A stretch of 63,577 bases of DNA, the filler included, from Dicyema japonicum (lineage: Eukaryota > Animalia > Dicyemida): NCBI GenBank assembly GCA_011109175.1. It is 8 parts of 8 records of this genome, joined end to end, with 100 filler letters (N's around TTAATTAATTAA, not from the genome) between each part and the next. Parts side by side here need not be neighbours in the genome. Positions count along the whole stretch, not along the records: positions 1 to 27,498 come from RDEW01000028.1; 7 more parts are not named here. One strand, 5' to 3'. A program made the translations under genes and the position numbers. Numbering within the stretch: the first letter of the stretch is position 1; every line of letters starts with the position of its first letter. This document shows positions 1 through 12,214 of the stretch, piece by piece. Below the pieces are notes generated by a model. It had not been told where the DNA came from. It did not search any database and was given only the letters and a program-made list of their open reading frames with translations.

Positions 1-16
1 GGTTGAGAAACCCCTG
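1..16. mobile_element. Terminal inverted repeat of a hAT-type element cut by the window edge
   Basis: GGTTGAGAAACCCCTG is the reverse complement of CAGGGGTTTCTCAACC, matching the CAG(G/T)GxTTCTCAACC-type hAT TIR; the partner end is outside the window. Confidence 0.5.
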
Positions 17-1789
17 ATATAGAGGATGATGTGGATGAGGAGGTGGATAAAGAAGATGATGAGGATGATATGGATGATGATCTCGGGGATTTTGAGGAGG
101 ATATGGGAGGATGATATAGAGCAGGCGTTCTTAACCGGATTAACGTGACTTTTTTAGTTGAAATCCTTGAGAATGGACAAATACAATCCTCGAAATGAGC
201 ATAAGCTTCGCTTTCTCGAAACAAGGACCGGTCATACAAAATACAATACCAAATAGAATATTATATTTCCGAGTAACTGAACTGCAATCATAAATTAGCA
301 CAAATCTGATGGATGACTTGAATCTCGAAATTCTTACAGAAGAATTCGGGTTTGTGAAGCTGAAGAAATCCTGTCCTTTCGAGAATGAGAAAATTGGTGC
401 AAACACTTATATCTGCGGTTTAAAGTAGAATCATATTTATCAAATCACATTACTAGACTTATCTTTTTTTATTTTTGACCCGATCCAAACAAAGTCAAAG
501 GGGTAATCTGTACGAGATTATTAGAGTAAACGAGTATTCAACGGGATTGAAATGAGAAGTGAAAGAGTATTGTCATTGTGTATTCATTGTCAGTTACTCT
601 GGGACTCACACGGGCACATGCTCACCCTCAATGGAATCACACGGGCCTACTTGACTGGATGGCGAATATTCGAGATAGCTCTTATATGCCGACAACTATT
701 AGTAGTAAGAGATGGCAATCAGATCATAATCGATATTATACATTTAGAAAGTATCTCCTCTCCAGTTTGGGTTTCTAATCACCCTTCTGATTTCTCTCAA
801 GAGTGCCTTTGCCTTCAGGAGCCGTACTTTGATTGCTTTTGAGATTTGGACAGAGAACAGGCATCAAATCAACAAATTATATGATGATCAAAAAACAATT
901 TTTATGAAGACAAATTCATTGGTTATTGTTAACTAAATAAATCATATAATAGACAGTAATTGTATAGAAATATCAATTTTCAATAGAATAAATGTGAGGT
1001 GAAACAAATACAATATAAAAGAAAACAATAGTAAAAGTATGAATTGCACAATATTTTATTACTAATGCAATTCAAAACATTACATAATAGAACCTCAAAA
1101 CTAAAATTTAATATTTTCAAATTTGGTGATGAAAATTTGATACAAATAATTCAATATTGTGCTATCAATATATTTAAAAAACAAATATTTAAAAATATAT
1201 GTAAGCTGGTTCGAAATAGAATAGAAAATAATAACTAATTCCGATTGGACCGATATTTTGTACACCAACCAAAATTAAATTACTCAACTCATATCTTATT
1301 TTCAAATAAATTACAACAATTACGTTTAACCATTAAAAATTATATTATAAATTTAGAGTTTATATAATTAATTAACATTTTTTTAAATTTTTTAGGATTA
1401 AACATTTTATCCTAAAATAATTCAAAAATAAGTCCACGTCTTATAAACTAGCTTAATTCAGTTCACCCTGTCAAGTATGTAGGTTATCCTGGAAAAATCC
1501 AAAATCTCCTAACAAACTTCGACGTCACGAAAAAATCCAAAAGAGACCTTTTCACTTTTTACGTCTGAGCACACCCACGCGACCCTAAATGTGCTTTCAT
1601 TGTTTAAAATGTAAGAGTCGGGTCACCAGAAATGTTATTGGCTGAGAGAGCAGTCCAGGTAGAGCACATGACATATTAGACGAGGCACTGGGTCTTTTTT
1701 GTTAGTATATCTGTCTGAGAATACAGCTCACAGAATCCGTGAACCATTGTTTATATCGACTTGTGGAATTTTCACGTTCGAATTTGAAA

Positions 1790-2262
1790 TTCACTTGACT
1801 TTTATTTTTTGAGGCTCAATTCTGACTACGCGACCAACTACAGCATTCAATGTTCAAGAAAGAAAACTGACTCGGCGTAGAAAAGTTCAGAACACTTGCA
1901 AGAAGTCTATTGTCGATGTTCTGACTTTCAGAGCACTTGGACAATCTTTGGGGTTCTTGCACGTAGAAAAACTCAGGCTTATTTAAAAATAACTTAATTT
2001 CCAAATTAATAAAACAGTAACAAAAACATTAATCATAATAGTTATATAAGATTATTTGTTCTTCTTGATGTTTGATGATTAAAGAAATATTGTCTAATGA
2101 CCTTTCTTCATAAATCTTCGATCTTGATAAAGTCCTCGGTTTCTTTAGGCAAGTTGGTTCTATTTTCCAGATTATTCCAGATTTCAATCCGCCCCGATAA
2201 AGTATTTATACTTGTTAATTACTGGAATTTACGTTCGCTGTTAATTCTTTTCCTCTTGCTAT
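1790..2262 (-). CDS. Probable 3' exons of a host gene, possibly the continuation of the TAF1B-like gene beyond the Helitron
   Basis: Coding-like pieces on the minus strand (GRIEIWNNLENRTNLPKETEDFIKIED; ORF 1816-2004; LNAVVGRVVRIEPQKIKVK*). A 3' splice-site-like TTGTTTATAAG lies right after the Helitron end. No decisive motif. Confidence 0.3.
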
Positions 2263-2273
2263 CTTATAAACAA

Positions 2274-5167
2274 CTAGCTCGGCAGCTCGCTTCGCTCACC
2301 GCGACCTAGCTCCTGCGGAGGGCCTGTTTCATCAAACAACTATAAGTTTATGCAGATAATATAAAACGACCTGGTTTGATGTAACCCTATTCTAACGCCT
2401 GTTGATAAACGATGTTTGTCGTCCGTCCTTCCTTGGCATATATGAATAAATTTTTCTCTTCTAACCTACCCTCGAGCATCCCACATACAGCTGTCCATGT
2501 GAAAAGCACTCGCTCTCTAAAAATAAGCCAACTACCTTTAATGACTGTCCCTGGGCCTTGTTTATTGTCATCGCAAAACTCATCCTCAACGGAAATTGCA
2601 GTCTTTTAAATCTAACGGTAATTCATCAAGAAATAATGGGAATTCGTGGATATATACATCCTCACCTCTATACTTACTGTTAATATCGTCGCTTCTATTA
2701 CGTTAGCCATCAAATTTTTGATAACTAACCTCGTTCCGTTGCATAATTTAGGTGGCGCAAGATTTCGTAATAAAACCACTGGACGCCTATCTTTAATTTT
2801 AAAAGATGATTAGGCATTCCAGAGGGATCTAAGGAATTTAAAAATTCGACCGGATATTCGCAGGCTCTTTCAATGGTCCATAATAACGTCACCGATTTAT
2901 ATATTCTTTCTTCTCCAGGGATTTGATTAAATAAATCTAACTCAGGTAGCCTAATTTTCTGATCTTGAATTTCTGAAGTAATTGCCCCATTTCCAATATC
3001 TAAAAGGATATTTGGAAATATGCTATTGACGCCTTGTAAATGTGCACGTACATTTACATCTAAGCTTACCTTTTTGACGTGTGTCCACAGGTATGACGAT
3101 TTGAGGCAGGCATTCAATTCATCGCAGGCGTCCCTCTTTGAATAATTGGTAGAGTCTGTCTAAAATCACCTGCCAATACAACTATTGCTCCCCCAAACAG
3201 CAGTTCGTCACATTTTTGATATCTCTATATGTTCTGTCGACTGCCTCGAATGCCCCTTATGAGCCATTGTGCATTCATCCCAAACGATTAGCCTAGAATT
3301 CATAATTCTATACCCGCAACTGAATTTTTTTCACATTACAAACCGGTTCAGTATTGTAAGACAGATTCAACGGAATGTTGAATGTGCTGTTCGGCCGCCA
3401 TCTAAAAGAGTTGAAGCAATTCCAGAGGATGCTACTGCTAGTGCTATTTGATTGTCGCTTCTCACCTTCGCTAACAATAAATTTAGAAGATAGGTCTTAC
3501 CTGTACCACCCGGTGCATCAATAAAAATGATAGAACCATTTTCTTCTGCGATGACTCGGTTAATTTCTCTGTATATTTCCAACTGACCAGCTAATAAGCT
3601 ATGTTCTCTTTCCTCCACAATTGTGCGGAGTTCTTCTAAATTATAATGCTCATCTAAAGTATTTATATAATGAATATCGCTGATTTTAAAACCAAATTCA
3701 CTTACACTCTTACCTACGACAGATATTAGCAATCTGTCTATCATGATTAATCCAATGTTGAAAATCTCTTCATCAAAACTCGATCTATTCTTCTCTCTTA
3801 ATATATCTTCGCACATGCTTTCTCGATGACCTTCCCACAATTGCTTAGGATTTGCTAACCCACAATGGGCTAGCATCAAAGTATATAAATACCTTAGTCG
3901 TGATGGAGAATCGGCAATTGCGGCTTCTGTTAAAGTCTGATTCCAGTGATTGTCATCCTCTAAAAGACCTAATTTAAAACAGGCTTCTCTGTATGTTTCG
4001 CAGAGTACACCATTGACAGTCCGCAGATCAGTGAATGTTTCTGGCCCTCGAATGTTGTGCAAAAGTAACCTAACACAATAACATTCAAAATTATTCGGAT
4101 GCACGGTATATACTCTACCCAATGCATCCGTACTTACAATACCGTTATGCCCGTTTACTGGCTCTCCTCTTATCCTTCTTTTAAATTTCTTTCCGGCCAC
4201 ATCCCACGTATAATACCTAGGAACATCAACATAATAAATTGTCTTCGCAAATTCATCTGTCCGACATAATTCAAAGTAGGCCATAAGCGTTGAATTTCTT
4301 GGATTCATAACTTGATTACGGGCAGTTTCTTCTGTAAAATATACCCTTTGTCCATTTTCCAAGTGCACCCCTAAATGCATTACTAATGGATATCTTTCAT
4401 GAATCGAATATCCGAAAATTCTCCATGCTCCTTCATTACTGCAGATGAATCGTCCATGCTGGAAAAAACTTGGCTCGTCACGTTGCTCAATTGAAAAAAT
4501 AGCTTGATCCGACCCTTTATTAATGTATTTGCATACATATTTAATTGATCTAATAGAATTACAAAATTCAACATTAATGTGAGCATCAAAAATTTTACTT
4601 AACAGTGGATTATAAGGCACCACCCACCTGTTGTCAACTGTTATTTCATTTTCTTTTCCTTCGTGGAGAGTTGCAGTAAATCCTCCTTCAGCTGCGCCCC
4701 TTCTTTGGTAAAGCGGAAATCCATTTTCACCTGTTTGCGTATTATATATTAAGTTTTTAGGGTACCCTTTAGAACACTTACCATCTTGCATACACGGTGA
4801 TGATCTGTTATACATGCCACATGGACCATGTATCATATTTCTTTTGATGATCTCGTATAATTCTCTATCTTCACTTGGATTTGGAAATTCTGCCCGTATG
4901 CAATCGTCTATCTCTGTAGCCCTAATTTTAGTTACTAACCATACCAATATATGTATATGTGGCAAACCTCTTTTTTGCCACTCTACTGTATACATGTGGC
5001 ATCTTACCTTTCCAAATATCTGTCCCTTCGTAAGAAGATCCATCATCTTATCGACTTTCCGTTTAAAAACTCTCGCAATGATGTCTTGTCTATACTCTGC
5101 CTTTTGCCCTATAAATATGTTATCACTAATTTCTGGCCATTTTGGATTACATGTAAAAGTGATAAAC
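2274..5167 (-). mobile_element. Autonomous-type Helitron; 5' part lost at a single-n assembly join
   Basis: Rep motifs [13 protein letters not shown] and [13 protein letters not shown], Pif1 helicase motifs DAPGGTGKT and [19 protein letters not shown]. The 3' end has hairpin CGGTGAGCGAAGCGAGCTGCCG followed by CTAG|T (CTAG at 2274-2277). Confidence 0.95.
2410..5167 (-). CDS. Helitron Rep/Pif1 helicase, frameshifted; main ORF 3367-5046 (559 aa)
   Basis: HUH Rep domain and helicase motif I in ORF 3367-5046; helicase C-terminal part in ORF 2725-3117. Confidence 0.9.
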
Positions 5168-5168
5168 N

Positions 5169-6270
5169 TTCATTGCACCAAAATTCCAAAACCCGATCAA
5201 ATAAAATTCTACTTTCTTTCCGCTTGAGTATTCTCGGCTCTAATCGTGAGGTACTTTCGGTTCCAGTGTGTGGCATAAACGCGGAGATTAATCCTATTCT
5301 ATAATTAGCAATATTTGTGTCGTTAATCGAAAATAAATCCTGTGCTTCACGATTAAAATCTTTGGCCCAGGAGTCAGACTCAAAAAATATCCCATCTAAA
5401 AGAATTTTCACATACATTTATAAACCAAAACGTTCGACATTGGCAAAAAACTTAGTCCGACAAAAATTATCGCCAAAGCCCTTAATTCATAACAAGGTGA
5501 GCGGAATATGTCAGATTCTCCGACATGTGCACACAAATTTCTAAATAAACTGTTCATGCCCCCTGGCAATCCAACTTCCGGACAAACAACGGACACAACC
5601 ATGATATTGAAATTGGAACAATTCACAAGGCGGCAAATATTTGCCCACGGTGGTTATTTCTTACAGAAAACAAATAAGATATTCCGAGAGAGTTTGGAAC
5701 ATGTGAAGGTGATTTATAAAATTTTTGACATTTACGAGACATTTTTATCAGCTCGTCCTTTTTATCACTTTCCGCAAGCCTTAGAATAGCCGTTGGAGTT
5801 AGATTAGATCTTGTTATGAGGGATCCAAGATAGCAGAGGCACAAAATATGTATCATTTCGACATTTTTCTTTTTATAAGTTCGGGGAATTCAGGTACTTC
5901 TATATTCGAGAGATATCGGACACTTAGATTGTATACGACATTCTAAAAATATTAAAACGAACAAACTTTAGTTTATCTGAACAACCAATTTTTATTAAAT
6001 CATTAGTAATTATTTTTAATAAAAAATTAAATTCTTGAATCAATTCTTGAAAAACTGTCACTTGTGGTGTTTCTGGAACATATTTTAAAGAAAATGATTT
6101 TATAATGTTTCCCCTTTGAGTTTCATTTCCTTCATTACAAGATTCATTCAAGCGGACTTTCTTGTTTATAAAATAGACTCATATACCTGTGACTGTGAAT
6201 TACAGTTGCTACAATATAAAAGTCCATCTAGATCCTGAAACTCTCCAGAACCACAAACTGTACACTCCAT
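5169..6270 (-). CDS. TAF1B: TAF1B/Rrn7-like Pol I core factor, 5' exons
   Basis: ATG at 6270 gives MECTVCGSGEFQDLDGLLYCSNCNSQSQ, a TFIIB/RRN7-type CxxC...YCxxC zinc ribbon. A 26-nt GT-AG intron (6161-6186) joins it in frame to ORF 5924-6151. Family assignment rests mainly on the ribbon. Confidence 0.55.
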
Positions 6271-6321
6271 ATAAAATTTTATTTTTATTTATAATATTTT
6301 ATTAAATAATTTATTTAAATA

Positions 6322-6708
6322 CTAGCTCGGTAACTCGCTTCGCTTCACCGAGTCGAGGACATGCTTGTTGTTTTTTAACCAAAATCCAGAAAATTTTTTT
6401 TAATTTTTTAGGACCTATCATGTGAGTCGAGGACATGCTTGTTGTTCATTTTAACCAAAATGCAGAAATGTTTTTTAATTTTTTTGTGCGGGAAGGTTTT
6501 AAGGACCTCATCATCGAGGATATTCTTGATATGTTAGATTTTTGGGGTGGAAGTTCTTGGAGGACGTCATCATTTTTGACTTGTTCCCCATTATTGGCTA
6601 ATTATAAGGGGAAAGGATTTTGACAATTTATCTGTATTTTGCTAATTTGAAGTTTGGTATGCATACACACAGACAGACACACCACACTATACCATTTTAT
6701 TATTAAGA
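6322..6708 (-). mobile_element. Non-autonomous Helitron (387 bp)
   Basis: 5' A|TCTTAATAATAAAA...GTGTGTCTGTCTG, 3' hairpin plus CTAG|T, inserted in an AT dinucleotide; 3' end closely resembles that at 2274. Confidence 0.85.
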
Positions 6709-6789
6709 TTTGGCGAAGATCTCATGGGTATTGTCATAAGCTGTTAATTTGTGAATCGGTTTTAAATTCAAAATAAAGAAAACTCGGAG

Positions 6790-6971
6790 AGAAAGCGGCC
6801 CGGATACACTCGGAGAGAGAGTAAACCGTAACTTCTTGAAGGCGACGTCCGGGCGGCGTTGCGGGTCGTTTCCAGCGACGATACCGTGCTGGGCGCAACG
6901 CCTGAAGTTCTCGAGCAGATCAGACGAAAACATCCATGTCCTCCGGAAGATTACTGCCCATTCGTGCCCCC
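6790..6971 (+). mobile_element. CRE-clade non-LTR retrotransposon fragment (region upstream of RT)
   Basis: Translates LLEGDVRAALRVVSSDDTVLGATPEVLEQIRRKHP, the GDVRxA...SSDD...KHP pattern of CRE elements; ends at a gap. Confidence 0.7.
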
Positions 6972-7339
6972 NNNNNNNNNNNNNNNNNNNNNAGCAGATT
7001 TGCTACATGAATGGAAACTAGGTCATAAATTATGAACACGCACGTCTAAATCTTCTCTAACTAAAGCAACATTAATTGTCAACGAATTTCCTAAACAATG
7101 TCAACGAATTCCAGGAGTTATTTCTAAACTATGTTTAACGACTGTGAAGTGCTCAAAAAGGCATTTTGTTAACCTCCACAGGATGTTAAGAAACATAAAA
7201 TTTCCGTTGATAAGGTTTTTTTCGACGATATAATAGATCGTTGACAACATACTGCCAACAAAAATTAAATGAATCAGAAATTGATTTCTGGGATTTGAAA
7301 GTGACTAAGGCCTTTTTGAAATGTGACATTCAACTAACT

Positions 7340-7700
7340 TATCGATGCCTTTGTTTACCGTTTTATTCAAAAAATTGTTCAATGGAGGTCAGAAAATCTT
7401 ATCCAAGTTGATGATTTGATAGCTAACGTACAAGCTGCTTAGGTAGAACCAAAAGCGACAATTGTTGTTTTCAGAAATTGGAATTCTGCCAAAAGTCGTA
7501 TTGACTAGATGGGGTATCCGGTTAAAAGCTGTATCTTATTATTCAAAAAATTTAATCTCAGTGATTAATATTTTTGAGTTAATTGAGTACGAGGAAATTT
7601 TAGTATCTTCTACGAAGAGTGCATTGAAAAATGATAGATTAGTACAAAGTTATGTGTAATTTCGCATAGCTATTCACACATTCCAGGTCGTACTTAAATA
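7340..7700 (+). pseudogene. hAT-like transposase remnant
   Basis: ILPKVVLTRWGIRLKAVSYYSKN resembles the PxxTRWGxWL hAT catalytic-region motif; many stops. Confidence 0.55.
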
Positions 7701-8924
7701 GTAATTTATAGAATAAATATTAAAATTTGAGAGTAACGAATGTACAATAGACTACGCATATTCGACGCTTAGTGCAATAGACTTCGGGAAAAGATGAAAC
7801 AGGGGTTAAAAAATATTTGGAGAAAAAATTTTGGAAAGCGATTTAACTAAAATTATTAACATGGAATGCAAAAATATCTCTCCTGAAGATAATTCGTTCC
7901 TTCAAAACTGTTAGCCATCTTCAGCATCTGTCGGATGATGCTCTTCGCAATTCAGGAGTTTCTTGAGGTCAAATAGAAACGTTAGTACGCAAAATCTGGA
8001 AAATTACGTTATGTAAATTTTCAATGAATAGTCCTTAAAATAACTTTTGTCTTCTATTGTCTCGTATAAAAGTTTAAACTGAGAACTTTACAAGTTTAAG
8101 CTGAGAAAAAAAAGTTAATTTTTTTAATTTTAAAGTTCAAAATTTCGGTTTATAGGTTAATAAAGTTAACCTTTCAAGGTTAATTTTTTTTCAATTTTTA
8201 AGGTTAGAAAATGTTCGCCTAGTGATAATATTCAAATCCAAACAGAACCGGCAAAAATTGTCTAATTTAACAGGAATTCGAAAAACAACTTCTGTAAAAG
8301 AATACAATTCCTGAAAATAATTTTTAGTTTCAATAGGTTTCGTAGTTGTTACTTTTAAAATATTGTCATCATTTTCTTTTCACAAACTAATCGGGCAATT
8401 TTCTGTATATAAGTTTCCAATTTCCTTGTTGACGGGATGGTTGTGTGTATTAATGAATACTGATATCTTCATACGCACAATACCTTCTCTTTGTAAATAT
8501 ACCTGCACACTTGCAGCATATCCTTTCTTGAATGATGACTAATTAACACGTACTCCTTTGCTGTCACTTGGCCTAATATTTCCTTGTTTGCATCTGTATT
8601 TTTCACTTTGACCTATGCCTTACGAAAAGCTTCAAATGGGGAGAATGTATCATTGCTGAATCATGATACAATAAATGTAATGTAAGTTAACAATTGTTTT
8701 TTAAGTGAAAGATAATAATTTTACTTAATGAACTTAATTTTAATTAGAAAATTTTCAATATTAATAATAGTCAACTAATTTAATTCATTAATAAATATAC
8801 TCAAATCCTCGATGCGTTCCACAGAAGAAAGTTTAAACTTCTTATCGACATAAACTAGCCGAAAAAACCAGGAATTCTACTCTATACGATATCTGCCAAC
8901 AGTACACGTCAGTATAGACATTAA

Positions 8925-9182
8925 CGAAGCTCACTGCCGCCTATTCGGGCACATACTGTGGCTTCGACCCAGATGCATATGCTAACTGGGCAAAATGGAA
9001 TCATATTACATAACGACAAATCGGCGTTCCAAGGACGTCCACGAACAACACTACCTATTGTTATCTCAAAAGACCTTCAAAGAATTAAAAGACAGCTGAA
9101 TAATAGAGACGACCTTTATACTCTCAGGAGTATAGCACGCAAACGCGCATCCTGGAAAAATATGATCAAAACAGCAGTCTGA
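8925..9182 (+). mobile_element. 3' end of an RTEX/Proto2-like LINE
   Basis: RLFGHIL...FQGRPRTTLPIVISKDL...DDLYTLRSIARKRASW, a typical LINE C-terminus. Confidence 0.65.
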
Positions 9183-9364
9183 TATGTAGGAACTTAATAG
9201 TTTTTCTATACATTATGCTCCTATAATAGTGCTAATAATAATTTTATTTTAAACCTTTCTTTGACTTACATCACGGAATAATAAAATTTTGATTTACTTT
9301 GGTTATACATATCTTAGGAAACAAGTATCACCTATCATTATTGTAGTATTGAAAAATAAAAGAT

Positions 9365-12082
9365 TCAATCAAACCAAATACGTTTAAACTCATTCACATC
9401 AAATGAAGCATTTACATTTGGGACACTTTCCTTTTCCTCGTCTGATATAGGTGAGTCAAACACTCCAAACAAAACACATGAAAGCAGTTTGTCAGCACTG
9501 CATTCTTCCTATGAATATTACAACACGGACATGTCAGTCTGTCCTAAACATTCTCTCACATTCTATTACCTTCAGTTCCTTGATCTCATCCAACAACATA
9601 CTATCTCCCTCCACTCCCTCAACTTTGATATCTTCACCAACTTTCTCTTCAACCCATCAATCTCCTCCTACCAAAGTGACAAATCACAACAACCTCATAT
9701 CTTCTCTCACGGAAATGCCCGTCTCTCACCAGTTTACTCTTCTCCTGCAATAATCGTTGTGAATCCTTCAACTGATCGTAATGGGAGTCAGATATTATTT
9801 TGAACTCATCACACTTTTGCAGCACTTCTGAGTATCGACGACCACTCAGCTCAATTCGATCATCTCTCAGTCTCACATTAAAATAAAACTCCTCAACTTG
9901 CACTCGCTTTCAAGATTGGTCAATAGCTTTGTTAATGAACCCTCCTTTTCCTCCAATTGTGAACTGATGTGCATTGTGGTGTCCAACTGATTGCGAAGAA
10001 GTCCCTCTGTTGTCTCCACTCCTCCTTCTCCTTGTTGAGTTCATCAATGACATGTCTGTGCTTTATTCTCTTAAATGTTTAATAGCAAATAAGTACTTCA
10101 GCTAACAGTCCCACATAGGCTTGCTCTTTGGCAGTCAACTGGTCTATTAGAACTCGATTCCTCTCCTGCATATCCTCTAAGGCTTGGCCTGTCACCTCCA
10201 TTTCCTGCATTAGAGTATCTTCTTGCTAAAAGTCGCTCTAAATAATCAAGTTACCGTTTGTGCCACGTTAGTTTACGTTTAATGTCTTCGTTGGCAATTC
10301 TGTGCTGGTTTATACATCTCTGCAGATTTTTTTCGTTCTCACTGATTCCCTCAGTCTCCTTATAAGTTCTGAGCAAAGGTCCCTAGCCTTATCCAACTCG
10401 CAGATTGCTCCCAATGAGTACTATCAATAAACTAATAAATATAAACCTCAAATTCGTCAAAATACGAGATTCTGTTCTATAATAATTTGTTAATTAATTA
10501 GTAATAAAATACCCGGCAAAATCTGGTAAATTGATCTAGTGGTGTTACATTGGTAGCTAACCTCGTTATTTCTGAGAGTTTCATTAAGTTTAATGTAATA
10601 TTTACTATTTTTATTCTTCAATTGCTTATTAAAAGCCTGCAGACTATTTATAATGTCTCATTTCTCTGTGGACGTCATTCGTGTGTTCCTTTATTAAACC
10701 ATATTGCTCATTCTCCAGTTTAACCAGCTCTAATTCCTTTTCTTTACTTGCTAATTGTTCAGTCAGGCGAATGATATCCTCCATCTTCTGACTCTCTGAT
10801 ATTTCTCTCCCGATTTTTAAATCATCTTTAATCTGCTGAATTGCCACTTTAAGAATATAATTCAGTTCGTTGCTTTCTGTCAGTCTGGCCTTCACTCTTG
10901 CCAAGTCAGAAATGGATGTAGAAAGCTGTCTCTTGACTGATGACAACTCAACTGACAAGTCTGGATATTCCACTCTCTCATTGCCACTCTCCACTAATAC
11001 AGTCAGCCTGTCAATCTCCTTCTGCATTGTTCCAATTCCTGCAGACGTGAGTCATTTAAATGTCTGAGATTATGTTCCTCCAGACGTAGCTGTTGTAGTT
11101 CTGTCATATCTTCTGTACTGAGCTGTGGATTAGTGGGCTCCTGAGGAGGATTGATGTCCTGTGTCTCTGTGGATGTTCTAGAAATATCTTGTTGTGATTG
11201 CTTTAGTGTTTCCTCGAGTTTTATTGAATATTTTTCAAGCATAGCAAATTCATAGTTCAGTTCATCCAATTTCCGTCTAGTTTCTGCAGCTGAATTACTT
11301 TCAATGGTCAAATTATCATCCGTCTCATTAAGCTATTACATAATAACTCAGTAGAACTAACTTTGTAGAATAGTCCACTGTTTTGTTTATTTACTTTGAT
11401 TAGTTGGTTGTTTAGACAGACATTTTCATTGGTAAGTCGTGTCACCAAATCAGCAGAGAGAAGTTTAAGGTTCTCTTGAATGGCACTGTTGGAGGATTCC
11501 TTAAAACTGTTGTAAAACGTGGTTAATTTGTCCAGTTTAGTCACCAGTCTATGGTCTTTGTTTTTATGTAGGAACCCTTCGAAGACCTGATGAAGGATGA
11601 GCATTGATGTATTCGAATACTCCACACGCCTCTGAAATTCCTTCTCGAGTTCTCAGTCTCCATTGTCGATATTTTTCTCTGAAATACTTTGAGGGATTCA
11701 GTTTCTACAACTAAGGACACGTGGGTACCATCTGGTGGAATATTCTCGAAGGATCCACAGTTGTAGTGTTCAATGAGGCTACGTACCTCAATGTTGTGCT
11801 ATGTGTGACTAAGTAGTATTAACTTGGTTCCAATGTCGGTTGATACGTGCAAAAAGTGCCTCGTCGGTTTCTCTTCTTTCTTCAAAAAGCGATTTTGCTC
11901 TTTTGTCTAAAGTCTTGATTTTTGGCATATTGAGGGCCTCGGAGAGTTTTTGGTTTTGAAATCCGAGAATTCGAGATTCCAGTTCTTCCTTAGTTATTAT
12001 TTAGGAGTTAGTTTAGTACGGAATTAGACGTGCCTTTGAAGCTAGTTCCTTGCAACGTGTCAAAAAATTTATTTTGCCGCAT
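9365..12082 (-). CDS. BRE1: E3 ubiquitin ligase BRE1 (RNF20/RNF40), multi-exon
   Basis: N-terminal [15 protein letters not shown]...[15 protein letters not shown], long coiled coil (ORFs 10644-11625), C-terminal [47 protein letters not shown] (needs two 1-bp corrections). 31-nt intron at 11989-12019. Confidence 0.92.
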
Positions 12083-12214
12083 TACAACAGGAACGGGTTA
12101 ATTTAAATTTTTAAATAAATAAATTTATTAAAAATATCAATAATAACTTGATTTATAAATGGATAGTTTAAACTAATCTAAATACTTTTAATTAATTATT
12201 AATTAAGTGTAATT

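Noticed and set aside
17-900. Acidic stretch (17-110) and short ORFs 140-842
   Set aside because: No recognisable domain or consistent exon chain by eye; left uncalled
9405-9435. Euplotes-style programmed +1 frameshifting in BRE1
   Set aside because: Shifts are not at AAA-stop sites and occur in both directions across genes, which fits sequencing indels better
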